Shown here in pieces: positions 45,202 to 54,884 of a stretch of 64,000 nucleotides of DNA; the first letter of the stretch is position 1; each line of letters begins with the position of its first letter. This DNA is from Pseudonocardiales bacterium (lineage in GTDB: Bacteria > Actinomycetota > Actinomycetes > Mycobacteriales > QHCD01). The notes under the pieces are model-generated. The model saw nothing but the letters and a program-made list of their open reading frames with translations. It was not told the origin of the DNA and did not search any database. Location of the stretch: contig QHCD01000067.1 in assembly GCA_003244255.1 (NCBI GenBank), forward strand, positions 2,749-66,748, written 5' to 3'. Made by a program: the position numbers and the translations under genes.

Positions 45202-46718
45202 CGGTCGGAGCCGGCAGCGCGGTCGTGGTGGCCACCGAGGGGTGGCGGCGACTGGACCGGCGGATGCTCGCCATGCATCCGGTGCAGGAGGTCATCCGGT
45301 TCGCACCCGCCCTGATCGGCCTGCTGATCGGCGGCAGCGGGAGCGGCGACGGCCCGCTGTGGAGCCTCATCGGCGTCGCGGTCGTGGTCGGCCTCGGGCT
45401 GTTGCGCTACGCGACGACCACGTTCCGCATCACCCCTGACCAGGTGCAGGTGCGGAAGGGGCTGTTGCGCCGCAGGGTTCTCGCCGTGCCGATGGACCGC
45501 ATCCGCACCGTCGACGTCACCGCCAACCCGCTGCACCGAGCACTCGGCCTGGCCCGGGTCGAGGTGGGTACCGGACGCACCGACCGCAAGAAGCAGCACG
45601 CGCTGCTGCTCGACTCGCTATCGGCGCCCACCGCCGAGTCGCTGCGCGACGAGCTGCTGCACCGGCGCGGCCGCGCGGCGCGCCCAGCCGTGGACGACGT
45701 CGCTGGCTCGGCCACCGAGATCGTGCGGCTCGACGCGCGCTGGGTGCGATACGGGCCCTTCACGCTCTCCGGGATCGTGACGATCGGCGTCGTCGTCGCG
45801 CTGCTCAGCAACGCCGCGAACGAGGCCAAGGTGTCGCTGTCGCGGCTCGGCGGGTTGCATTCTGCGCGCACGCAGCTAGCCGGCATTCCCGCCTGGGCCG
45901 CGGCGTTGGAGATCCTGGCCATGGCTGCGGTGCTGACCGCCGTCGCGTCCACGATCGCCTACCTGCTGGCGTTCTGGAACTTCCAGCTGATCCGCCGCAG
46001 CGAGGGCACGCTGCACATATCCCGGGGCCTGCTGACGACCCGTAGCACGACGATCGAGGAACGCCGGCTGCACGGCGTCGAGCTGTCCGAGCCGCTGCTG
46101 CTGCGTGCGGTCGGTGGTGCGCGGTGCATCGCCATCACCACCGGCCTGCGCGTCGGTCGTGGCGCCGAGCGCGGCGGCTCGATCCTGCTGCCGCCCGCGC
46201 CACGACGGGATGCGGTCGCCGTCGGTGCGAGGGTCCTCGGCGACGAGCACGCGCTGACGGCCGCGGTTGTGCATCACGGCCCCCGGGCCACCAGGCGCCG
46301 CTACACCCGCGCGCTGGGGGTCACCGGCGTGGCCGTGATCATCGTCGTGATCCTGGTGGCGGCCGGCGTGCTGCCGCTCTGGAGTGTGATCGCCGCGGCC
46401 GTCACCGTTCCGCTCGCGGGCGCACTCGCGGCCGACCGCGCGCACAGTCTCGGCCACGCCGTCGTCGACCGCTGCCTGGTGGCCCGGCGCGGCTCGCTGG
46501 TGCGGCGCCGCAGCATGATCCGGGCCAACGGCGTGATCGGCTGGAACCTGCACCGCTCTTTCTTCCAGCGCCGAGCGGGGCTGCTCACGCTCACTGCGAC
46601 GACCGCTGCCGGCCGGCAGGCTTACGCCGTGCAGGACACCTGCGAGGACGTCGCGCTGCGAATCGCCGATGACCTGACGCCCCTCCTCATCACGCCGTTC
46701 CTTGCCATCGGGTCGTGA
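45198..46718 (+). CDS. bPH_2 domain membrane protein (YdbT-like)
   Basis: RIRTVDVTA, GLLTTR, FFQRRAGL; coupled to the YdbS-like gene. Confidence 0.88.
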   Translation: MTVGAGSAVVVATEGWRRLDRRMLAMHPVQEVIRFAPALIGLLIGGSGSGDGPLWSLIGVAVVVGLGLLRYATTTFRITPDQVQVRKGLLRRRVLAVPMDRIRTVDVTANPLHRALGLARVEVGTGRTDRKKQHALLLDSLSAPTAESLRDELLHRRGRAARPAVDDVAGSATEIVRLDARWVRYGPFTLSGIVTIGVVVALLSNAANEAKVSLSRLGGLHSARTQLAGIPAWAAALEILAMAAVLTAVASTIAYLLAFWNFQLIRRSEGTLHISRGLLTTRSTTIEERRLHGVELSEPLLLRAVGGARCIAITTGLRVGRGAERGGSILLPPAPRRDAVAVGARVLGDEHALTAAVVHHGPRATRRRYTRALGVTGVAVIIVVILVAAGVLPLWSVIAAAVTVPLAGALAADRAHSLGHAVVDRCLVARRGSLVRRRSMIRANGVIGWNLHRSFFQRRAGLLTLTATTAAGRQAYAVQDTCEDVALRIADDLTPLLITPFLAIGS

Positions 46719-46813
46719 GCCGCCGTCCGGTTCGCGGCGTCGCGGGGGCGGTGCCTGGTTCGTCAGCCGAACCCCGACGCCTCGTCGGCGCAGAGCAAGG
46801 CCAGCGCCTCGGG

Positions 46814-47245
46814 TCAGGCGTCGATGACTCTGCGGTCTTCTGTGTTGGTGCTGATCGCGATCTTGTGCGGCTTGGCCTGCTCGGCGACCGGGATGCGCAG
46901 GGTGAGCACACCGGTGTCGTAGCTGGCTGCGATGTGCTCGGTGTCGAGGTTGTCGCCCAGAACCAACTGCCGGCTGAACACCCCGCGCGGACGCTCGGCC
47001 GCGAGCATCTCGACCTGACTGTCGCGGACCGGGCGTTCGGCCCGGACCGTGACCACATTGCGTTCCACGTCCAGATCGATCGAGTCCGGGTTCACCCCGG
47101 GCAGGTCGAACTCCACCACGAAGGTGTCCCCGTCCCGGACCGCATCCATCGCCATCACCGACGGCCGGGCTGGGGTGCCGTTGGTGCCCAAGAGCTGTTG
47201 GGTGAGCCGGTCCAACTCACCGAAAGGGTCGGTGCGCATCAGCAT
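46814..47245 (-). CDS. Hsp20/alpha-crystallin small heat-shock protein
   Basis: [33 protein letters not shown]. Confidence 0.95.
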   Translation of the reverse strand: MLMRTDPFGELDRLTQQLLGTNGTPARPSVMAMDAVRDGDTFVVEFDLPGVNPDSIDLDVERNVVTVRAERPVRDSQVEMLAAERPRGVFSRQLVLGDNLDTEHIAASYDTGVLTLRIPVAEQAKPHKIAISTNTEDRRVIDA

Positions 47246-47300
47246 CGTCACCACCTCCAACGCCAGACTCTGATGCTTCCAGCCACCAGACCACCCAGTG

Positions 47301-47322
47301 ATCTGTGGCATGCGCTATAGAT
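47301..47322. promoter_or_regulatory. Imperfect palindrome ATCTGTGGC-ATGC-GCTATAGAT, candidate operator
   Basis: 7 of 9 inverted match between divergent hsp20 and the MerR/HspR-like gene. Confidence 0.5.
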
Positions 47323-47382
47323 TCGTTGTAGCACACGTGGCATGCTAGGCCAAGAGTCCGGCGACCGAAAAGAGACCTCCCG

Positions 47383-47664
47383 ATGAACCCGCCCCGCCCG
47401 GCGAACAACCGCGGCGTCTACGCCATCTCCGTCGCCGCCGAACTCCTCGGCACCGGCATCCAGACCCTGCGCCTGTACGAAGCCCGCGGTCTCCTTGAAC
47501 CCGACCGCACCCACGGCGGCACCCGCCGCTACAGCCCCGACGACCTCGACCGGCTCGGTCGCATCCGCGACCTACTCGCGGCCGGACTCAACCTCGCCGG
47601 CATCGCCATGGTCCTCGACCTAGAAACCCAGAACGCCCGACTACGCACCGAGAAGGAAGAGTAG
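47383..47664 (+). CDS. MerR-family (HspR-like) regulator
   Basis: VYAISVAAEL...QTLRLYE..GLL.P.RT.GGTRRYS, GLNLAGI. Confidence 0.92.
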   Translation: MNPPRPANNRGVYAISVAAELLGTGIQTLRLYEARGLLEPDRTHGGTRRYSPDDLDRLGRIRDLLAAGLNLAGIAMVLDLETQNARLRTEKEE

Positions 47665-47875
47665 ACCTGGCTGAAGACCGCACCCATCCAGCCACCCACA
47701 CCGGCCAAGCAGACCGCCTCGAACAGCCGGCCGCACTCGACCCGGCGGAGCTGACCAGCGCGCCGGTAGGCGGACGGTGGCCCGACCCGGGGGGGTCGGC
47801 GCCACCGTCGCCGTCCCCCCGGTAGCGAGATACGCCGTCAGTTCGACCCGACAAGACGACGGAAAAGGCCGGGCG

Positions 47876-48334
47876 TCAGCGCTCGTCCGCGTCGTCGGAC
47901 GCGATCGCCTCGAGCACCGGCAGCGCAGCCTCCAGCGCTGCCCGCTGCTCGGCCGTGCACTGGCTCAGTTGCGTCGCGAGGAAGCTGGTGGTCCGACGGC
48001 GCAGGCGTTCGAGCAGTTTGGCACCGCGCACGGTGAGCACCACGTTGCACGCGCGGCGATCCTTCGCGTCAGGTTGTTTGTCCAGCAACCCGTGCTGCTC
48101 GAGCCCGCTGACGATACGGGTCATGGTCGGCGCCGCGATGCGTTCCCGCGCGGCCAGGTCGCCGACCCGCAACGGCCCGAACCCCTCCACGGTGACCAAC
48201 GCGGAGAGCTGACTGGAGGTCAGCCCGTCACCGCCGGGGTTCTGCCGGATCCGACGGTTGATGCGTCCGATGGCCACCCGCACCCGGCTCGCCAGCGCGA
48301 TCCGAGCCGGGTCCTCGAGCAACATCGGGCTCAT
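47876..48334 (-). CDS. MarR-family regulator
   Basis: LTSSQLSAL, PTMTRIV, D.KDRR. Confidence 0.92.
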   Translation of the reverse strand: MSPMLLEDPARIALASRVRVAIGRINRRIRQNPGGDGLTSSQLSALVTVEGFGPLRVGDLAARERIAAPTMTRIVSGLEQHGLLDKQPDAKDRRACNVVLTVRGAKLLERLRRRTTSFLATQLSQCTAEQRAALEAALPVLEAIASDDADER

Positions 48335-50286
48335 CCGTCGACCCCCCTAGGTGCGGTTTGACCCTGCTCCACGCTCGATCGCCGCGGCGCTCGCAGCTTC
48401 GGCGCCGGCGCCGGACGGTCCGCGGCGGTTCGGCCGTCGCCAGCTGTCGCCGCGCCCGTCGCCGCCGCACCAAGCGTGAACTCGACACCGCGCCGGCCGT
48501 GCTCGGCGCCCTCGACGTAGTGGTACTTCCCGCCGCGCAGGTAGGACGCGATCGCGGCGACGACACACGCGATGATCGCGAACACGAACGCGACCCGCAG
48601 GCCGTCCTGAAAGGGGCCCGAGATCAGATGCGGGAAGAACCCGCGGCCGGTGAGGTACGTGGCCTTGTCCGGCGGCAGGGAATGCAGGACGTTCGGGCCG
48701 AGCAGCGTCCCGATCGGGTTCTTGCCGAGCAGGGCGGCGAACAGCGTGCTGACCGGCGGCAGGGTGGACAGGTGATGCGCGGTGGCGCTGGGCACGCCCT
48801 GGCCGACCAGCCCGCGGTAGAGCTGGTCCGGCAGGTGCTTCGACAGTCCGAGGATCATCAGGGTGAAGAACACACCGATCGAGAGCACGGTCGCGGCGTT
48901 CTGGAAGGTCGCCGCCATGCCGGCGCCCGCACCGCGCTGGTTCGGGGGCAGTGCATTCATGATCCCGGCCCGATTCGGCGAGGCGAACAGGCCCATGCCG
49001 ACGCCGTTCATCAACAGGATGAGGGCGAACGAGAGGTAGCCGAAGTCGACCGGCAGCAGGTTCAGCAGAACGAAACTGGCCGCCGCGATGATCATGCCGC
49101 TGGTGGCGAACGGCCGCGCGCCGATCCGGTCCGACAGCATGCCGGAGATCGGCGCGGCGAGCAGGAAGCCGACCGCGAGCGGCAGCATGTAGATCCCCGC
49201 CCACAGCGGCGTCTGCGCGAAGCTGTATCCGTGCAACGGCAGCCAGATGCCCTGCAGCCAGATGATCATGATGAACTGCAGGCCGCCCCGGCCGAGCGCC
49301 GCCAGCAGGCTCGCCACGTTGCCTGCGGTGAAGGCGCGGATCCGGAACAGCTGCAGCCGGAACATCGGGTCCTCGACCCGGCTCTCGATGACGGCGAAGG
49401 CGATCAGTACGACGATCCCGCCGATGATCTCGCTCAGCACCATCGGGTTGGTCCAGCCCATGTTGTGACCACCGTAGGGCTGGATGCCGTAGGTGATGCC
49501 GACCAGCACGGCGATCAGCCCCACCGCGAAGGTGATGTTGCCCCACCAGTCGAGCCTGGCGGGCGCCCGCGCCCCGGTGTCCTGCAGCTTCAGATACGCC
49601 CACACCGTTCCGAAGATCCCGAACGGCACCGACACGACGAACACCAGGTGCCAGTTGATCGGGCCCAGCAGGCCGCCGAGCACGAGCCCGATGAACGATC
49701 CGGCAATCGCCGCGATCGCGTTGATGCCCAGCGCGAGACCGCGTTGGTTCGCCGGGAAGGCATCGGTGAGGATCGCCGAGGAGTTCGCGAACAGGAACGC
49801 GCCGCCGACTCCCTGCAGGATGCGCATGATGATGAGCCACCAGGCGGCGGCGGTGCCGTGCATCCAGGTCACCGAGAGCAGCACCGAGAAGACCGTGAAG
49901 ATCAGAAAGCCGAGGTCATACATCCGGACCCGGCCGTACATGTCTCCGATACGTCCCAGGCTGACGACGAGCACGGCCGTGACCACGAGGAAGCCGAGGA
50001 TCAGCCAGAGCAGGTAGCTGACATTGCTCGGCTGCAACGGGTCGAGCCGGATGCCGTTGAAGATGTCCGGCAGCGCGATCAGCATGATCGAGGCGTTGAT
50101 GGTGGCCATCAGCACGCCGAGCGTCGTGTTCGACAACGCGATCCACTTGTAGTGCGGATCGTCGCGCAGCGCATTCCGGCGACCGATCGTCCTGGCCCCC
50201 TCCCGTTCGCGAAGGCCGCGGATGAGCTCGCGCGTCGTCCTCCGGGAAGCTCCATCCGGTTGCTGTGCTGCCGTGTCGCGGGTCAC
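48331..50286 (-). CDS. MFS drug-efflux-type transporter (DHA2-like)
   Basis: GRIGDMYGR, RILQGVGG, about 14 TM segments. Confidence 0.92.
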   Translation of the reverse strand: MTRDTAAQQPDGASRRTTRELIRGLREREGARTIGRRNALRDDPHYKWIALSNTTLGVLMATINASIMLIALPDIFNGIRLDPLQPSNVSYLLWLILGFLVVTAVLVVSLGRIGDMYGRVRMYDLGFLIFTVFSVLLSVTWMHGTAAAWWLIIMRILQGVGGAFLFANSSAILTDAFPANQRGLALGINAIAAIAGSFIGLVLGGLLGPINWHLVFVVSVPFGIFGTVWAYLKLQDTGARAPARLDWWGNITFAVGLIAVLVGITYGIQPYGGHNMGWTNPMVLSEIIGGIVVLIAFAVIESRVEDPMFRLQLFRIRAFTAGNVASLLAALGRGGLQFIMIIWLQGIWLPLHGYSFAQTPLWAGIYMLPLAVGFLLAAPISGMLSDRIGARPFATSGMIIAAASFVLLNLLPVDFGYLSFALILLMNGVGMGLFASPNRAGIMNALPPNQRGAGAGMAATFQNAATVLSIGVFFTLMILGLSKHLPDQLYRGLVGQGVPSATAHHLSTLPPVSTLFAALLGKNPIGTLLGPNVLHSLPPDKATYLTGRGFFPHLISGPFQDGLRVAFVFAIIACVVAAIASYLRGGKYHYVEGAEHGRRGVEFTLGAAATGAATAGDGRTAADRPAPAPKLRAPRRSSVEQGQTAPRGVDG

Positions 50287-50475
50287 CGAACTCCTTCTGT
50301 GCGCGGCGCTGGGCGTTGCGTGTATAACACTTGCTTGATGCTAACAAAACGTCTGTCGACAACGCCGGCGCCCTCGCAACTGAAACCTGCTCGCCCCGCG
50401 GGCTCGGCGTAGGACAGCATGAGCGGCGGTCCAGACCACTAGGTTCAGCCGTGCAACGGCGACGGAGGAGGTGGC

Positions 50476-51390
50476 GTGAGTCAGGCAGCGAGCGGCGCAC
50501 GCCGGTCGTCGTCGACGGGGACATCCGCGGCCGGCGACGACCACGGCTGGCTGGATTCGGCGGCCACGCTCGCGACGATCGAGGCGAAGTCGGCTCGGGA
50601 GAACTTCTCGGTCGCGTCCCGATTGCTCCCCAGGCGGGCGCGCCGGCACCTGCTCGCGATCTACGCGTTCGCCCGGCTCGTCGACGACGTCGGTGACGAG
50701 GCGCCCGGCAACCGAGGACAGCTGCTCGACGTCGTCGACGACGACATCGACCGGCTGGTCGGCGACGCCGTGCCCAGGATCGCGGTGCTGCGGGCCCTCG
50801 CGCCGACGGTGCGCGAATGCCACCTGCCACTCGACCCGTTCCACCGTCTGGTCGAGGCCAACCGCCGCGACCAGACCGTGCATCGCTATCCGGACTTCGC
50901 CACGTTGCGCGAGTACTGCACGCTCTCCGCCAACCCCGTCGGCCACCTGGTGCTCGGGGTCTTCGACGTCGCGACGGCGGACCGGCTCGCGCTGTCCGAC
51001 GACGTGTGCACGTCGCTGCAGCTGGTCGAGCACTGGCAGGACGTCGCCGAGGACGCCGCCTCCGGCCGGATCTACCTGCCACAGGAGGACATGGCGCGGT
51101 TCGGCGTCGCGGAGGCGGACCTGCGTGCCGAACACGCCGGATCCGGGCTGCGCCGGCTGCTCGCCTTCGAGGTCGCGCGGGCGCAGGCACTGCTGACCCG
51201 CGGCGCACGGCTGGTCGGATCGCTGCCCGGCCCGGCCCGGCTCGCCGTCGCCGGATTCGCCGGCGGCGGGCAGGCGGCACTCGATGCCCTGGCCGTTGCG
51301 GACTTCGACGTGCTGGCAGGGGCGCCGAAGGCCGGTCCGGGCGCGATCCTCGCCGCGACCGGCCGACTGCTGCTGCGTCGGTCGGCATGA
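50476..51390 (+). CDS. hpnC: Hydroxysqualene synthase
   Basis: ENFSVAS, FARLVDDVGDE, SANPVG, WQDV.ED...GRIYLP. Confidence 0.92.
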   Translation: MSQAASGARRSSSTGTSAAGDDHGWLDSAATLATIEAKSARENFSVASRLLPRRARRHLLAIYAFARLVDDVGDEAPGNRGQLLDVVDDDIDRLVGDAVPRIAVLRALAPTVRECHLPLDPFHRLVEANRRDQTVHRYPDFATLREYCTLSANPVGHLVLGVFDVATADRLALSDDVCTSLQLVEHWQDVAEDAASGRIYLPQEDMARFGVAEADLRAEHAGSGLRRLLAFEVARAQALLTRGARLVGSLPGPARLAVAGFAGGGQAALDALAVADFDVLAGAPKAGPGAILAATGRLLLRRSA

Positions 51391-51409
51391 GCACTCATGA
51401 GGACGACCG

Positions 51410-52300
51410 ATGACGGTCGACGAGGCCTACGCGGTGTGCGCGGCCATCACCCGGCGCGAGGCTCGCAACTTCGGCTACGGGATCGCGCTGCTGCCCTCGG
51501 CCAAACGGTCCGCACTGTCGGCGGTCTATGCCTTCGCTCGCCGAATCGACGACATCGGCGACGATTCGGCCGGGGTCGACATCGCAACCACCTTGGCTCG
51601 GCTCGAGGAGGCCAGGCGCGACCTCGCCGGCGTCAGCGTCGAGGCGACCGACCCCGTGCTGGTCGCACTCGCCGACGCAGCGAAGCGACTGCCGATCCCG
51701 CTGCCGGCATTCGGGGAGCTGATCGACGGCGTCGAGGCCGATGTGCGCGGCGTTCGCTACGACACCATCGACGGCCTCGTGCACTACTGCCGGTGCGTCG
51801 CCGGATCGATCGGGCGGCTCTCGCTCGGAGCCTTCGGCGGCGCCGACGATCCCACCGCGCCACAGCGCGCCGACGCGCTCGGCGTCGCCCTGCAGCTGAC
51901 GAACGTCCTGCGCGACATCCGGGAGGACCTGCGTAGCGGCCGGATCTACCTACCGGCGCAGGATCTGGCGCGGTACGGCGCCGTGCTCTGTCTCGACAAG
52001 GCCGGTGACGTGGCCGGCCCGCGGGTGCCGATCGTTGACGTGATGCGCTTCGAGGCCGCGCGAGCCGAAGCGTGGTACGCGGAAGGGCTGCGGTTGTTGC
52101 CGATGCTCGACGCGCGCAGCGCCGCCTGTGCCGCCGCGATGGCTTGCATCTACCGCCGGCTGCTGGACCGGATCTCGGCCCGCCCGGATCTTGCGCTGGA
52201 TCGGCGGATCTCCCTCTCCGGCCGGGAGAAGGCTCTGGTCGCACTCGGCAGCTTGGGCCGTGCCGCCGTGACCGCCCAGCGAAGTAGGGTATCGGCCTGA
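51410..52300 (+). CDS. hpnD: Presqualene diphosphate synthase
   Basis: ARNFGYG, RRIDDIGD, LQLTNVLRDIRED..GRIYLP. Confidence 0.92.
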   Translation: MTVDEAYAVCAAITRREARNFGYGIALLPSAKRSALSAVYAFARRIDDIGDDSAGVDIATTLARLEEARRDLAGVSVEATDPVLVALADAAKRLPIPLPAFGELIDGVEADVRGVRYDTIDGLVHYCRCVAGSIGRLSLGAFGGADDPTAPQRADALGVALQLTNVLRDIREDLRSGRIYLPAQDLARYGAVLCLDKAGDVAGPRVPIVDVMRFEAARAEAWYAEGLRLLPMLDARSAACAAAMACIYRRLLDRISARPDLALDRRISLSGREKALVALGSLGRAAVTAQRSRVSA

Positions 52301-53721
52301 TGCCCCCACCATCTCCCGGCCGGTCGGTCGGCCCATCGGTCTGTGTCGTCGGGGGCGGCCTCGCCGGCCTCTCCGCGGCGATCACGGCCGCCGACGCCGG
52401 CGCCGTCGTGACGCTGCTCGAGTCGCGTGCCCGGCTCGGGGGCGCGACGTTCTCTTTCGTCCGCGACGGGTTGTCGATCGACAACGGCCAGCACGTCTTC
52501 CTGCGCTGCTGCACGGCGTATCGGGGTTTCCTGGATCGGCTCGGCGTCGCCGATCGGGTCTGGATGCAGGACCGGCTCTCGCTACCTGTCGTCACGCCGG
52601 GCGGCCGGATCCATCACCTGAGCCGCGGCCGTGGACCCGCGCCGCTGCACCTGGCCGGCTCGCTGTCGCGCTATCCGCTGCTGACGGCGGCGGACAAGCT
52701 CGCCGCCGCGCGTGCGGTGCTCGGCCTGCGACGGATCGATCCCGAGGATTCCCGCGCCGACGACATGTCGTTCGGTCGCTGGCTGCGCCGGACCGGGCAG
52801 TCCGAGCGCGCCATCGACGCGCTGTGGGGACTGCTCAGCATTCCGACGATGAACGTCGCGCCTGACAACGCCTCGCTCGGCCTCGCCGCGATGGTCTTCC
52901 GCACCGGCCTGCTGCAGGACTCGGCAGCCGGGGACATCGGCATGCCCGCCGTGCCGCTGTCGCAGTTGCACGCGGAGCCCGCGCGTGCGGTGCTCGACGC
53001 GGCCGGCGCCGACGTGCGCACCTCGGCGCGGGTGACCGCCATCGAGCGCCGGGACGACCGGCTGCTCGTCCGCACCCACACCGGCGACGTGCCGGCCGAC
53101 GCCGTCGTCGTCGCGGTCCCCCATGACGACGTCGCCGCCATCCTGCCCGAGGGCGCCGTAGCCGACCCGACGGCGCTGCGTGGGCTGGGCGCGTCGCCGA
53201 TCGTGAACCTGCACGTGATCTACGACCGCAGGGTCACCGACCAGCGCTTCGCGGTTGGGCACGCGAGCCCGGTGCAGTGGGTCTTCGACCGGTCCGAGGT
53301 GGCCGGGCTGTCGCCGGGTGACGGCCAGTACCTGGCGGTGTCGCTATCGGCCGCCCACTCCTACCTCCACCTCCCGGTTGCCGCGCTGCGCGAGCGATTC
53401 CTGCCGGCACTCGCCGAGTTGTTCCCCGCCGCGCGTGCCGCCCACCTTCGCAGCTTCCTCGTCACCCGGGAGCCGCAGGCGACGTTCCGGGCGGCGCCCG
53501 GAACGGCGCGGCTCCGGCTCGGGGAATGCACCGCCGTTCCCGGCGTGTTGCTGGCTGGGTCATGGACCGACACCGGCTGGCCAGCAACGATGGAGGGAGC
53601 GGTCCGCAGCGGCGTCCGCGCGGCGCGCCGCGCGCTCTGTGTCGAGCGCGTATCGCAGTCCCGGGAGGTTGACGCGGCGGCAGCTGATCGGCCGAGCATG
53701 GAAGGAGCGATGTCGACATGA
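52300..53721 (+). CDS. hpnE: Hydroxysqualene dehydroxylase
   Basis: GGGLAG, DNGQHVFL, WPATMEGAVRSG. Confidence 0.92.
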   Translation: MPPPSPGRSVGPSVCVVGGGLAGLSAAITAADAGAVVTLLESRARLGGATFSFVRDGLSIDNGQHVFLRCCTAYRGFLDRLGVADRVWMQDRLSLPVVTPGGRIHHLSRGRGPAPLHLAGSLSRYPLLTAADKLAAARAVLGLRRIDPEDSRADDMSFGRWLRRTGQSERAIDALWGLLSIPTMNVAPDNASLGLAAMVFRTGLLQDSAAGDIGMPAVPLSQLHAEPARAVLDAAGADVRTSARVTAIERRDDRLLVRTHTGDVPADAVVVAVPHDDVAAILPEGAVADPTALRGLGASPIVNLHVIYDRRVTDQRFAVGHASPVQWVFDRSEVAGLSPGDGQYLAVSLSAAHSYLHLPVAALRERFLPALAELFPAARAAHLRSFLVTREPQATFRAAPGTARLRLGECTAVPGVLLAGSWTDTGWPATMEGAVRSGVRAARRALCVERVSQSREVDAAAADRPSMEGAMST

Positions 53722-54884
53722 GCGCCGCAACCCTTCCCCCTGGCGACGTCGGCTCGGTGCTCGAGCAGTCCCGGACCCTGACCTGGCCGGTGCTGCGCGC
53801 GGCGGTCGGGCGGCTGGCACCGCAGATGCAGCGGGTCGCGGGGTATCACTTCGGCTGGCTCGCACCGGACGGCACCGAGCTCGACTCCGACGGCGGCAAG
53901 GGACTCCGCCCTGCGCTGGCGATCCTCTCGGCACGCGCCGTCGGTGCCCCTGACGAGATCGCCGTTCCCGGCGCGGTCGCCGTCGAGCTGGTGCACAACT
54001 TCTCGTTGCTGCACGACGACCTGATGGACGGCGACGAGGAGCGGCACCATCGCGCCACGGCGTGGACCGTATTCGGATCATCCGACGCGATCCTCGGCGG
54101 GGTCGCGCTGCTCACGCTTGCCGAGCAGATCCTGCTGGACCTGCAGACACCGGCCGGGGCGGCCGCCACCCGGCTGCTCACCGGCGCCACTTCCAGGCTG
54201 GTCACCGGCCAGACCGAGGATCTGGACTTCGAGTCGCGGACCGACGTCGGACTGGACGAGTGCCTGGCGATGGCCGGTAACAAGACGGCTGCGCTGTTCT
54301 CTGCATCCGCCGCGATCGGGGCCGTGCTCGCCGGTGCCGATCCACGCACGATCGATGCCCTGGCCCAGTTCGGTGAACATCTCGGCTGCGCGTTCCAGCT
54401 GGTCGATGACCTGCTCGGCATCTGGGGCGCACCGGAGGTGACGGGCAAGCCGGTGCTGGCCGACCTGCGCGCCGGGAAGAAGTCGCTACCGGTCGTCGCC
54501 GCGCTGCGGGCCGGCGGTCCGGACTCGGCTCGGCTCGCGGACCTGATCGAGCACGCCGACATCGCCCGGGACGACATCCCCGGTGACAGCGGTTCGGGTC
54601 ACAGCGGTTCGGGTCACAGCGGTTCGGGTCACAGCGGCTCCGGTCACAGCGGTTCGGGTCACAGCGGCTCCGGCCGCCGGCGGGCGCCGATCGGCGCCGA
54701 CGACGACCGTTACGCCGCCATGGCCGAGCTCATCGAGCGCGCCGGCGGCCGGTCGTGGGTACGGGCCGAGGCCGAACGCCAGCTCGCCATTGCCTGCGCG
54801 ATCCTCGCCGACGCGTCGCCGCCGGAGCGGGTGCTGCGCGACCTGACCGATGTCGCGTCCTTTGTCGTGGGCCGCGAGCTATGA
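53718..54884 (+). CDS. Polyprenyl (FPP/GGPP) synthase
   Basis: GKGLRP, HDDLMDGD, FQLVDDLLG, GKKSLP. Confidence 0.93.
   Translation: MSAATLPPGDVGSVLEQSRTLTWPVLRAAVGRLAPQMQRVAGYHFGWLAPDGTELDSDGGKGLRPALAILSARAVGAPDEIAVPGAVAVELVHNFSLLHDDLMDGDEERHHRATAWTVFGSSDAILGGVALLTLAEQILLDLQTPAGAAATRLLTGATSRLVTGQTEDLDFESRTDVGLDECLAMAGNKTAALFSASAAIGAVLAGADPRTIDALAQFGEHLGCAFQLVDDLLGIWGAPEVTGKPVLADLRAGKKSLPVVAALRAGGPDSARLADLIEHADIARDDIPGDSGSGHSGSGHSGSGHSGSGHSGSGHSGSGRRRAPIGADDDRYAAMAELIERAGGRSWVRAEAERQLAIACAILADASPPERVLRDLTDVASFVVGREL
54586..54673 (+). repeat. In-frame 15-bp tandem repeat (about 6 copies) encoding (SGSGH)5-SGSG
   Basis: ACAGCGGTTCGGGTC / ACAGCGGCTCCGGTC units. Confidence 0.97.

Noticed and set aside
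48358-50412. Long antisense ORFs (also 4294-5787, 12544-14181, 38298-39599, 55607-57277)
   Set aside because: Shadow frames of real genes, expected from high-GC codon bias; no recognisable motifs
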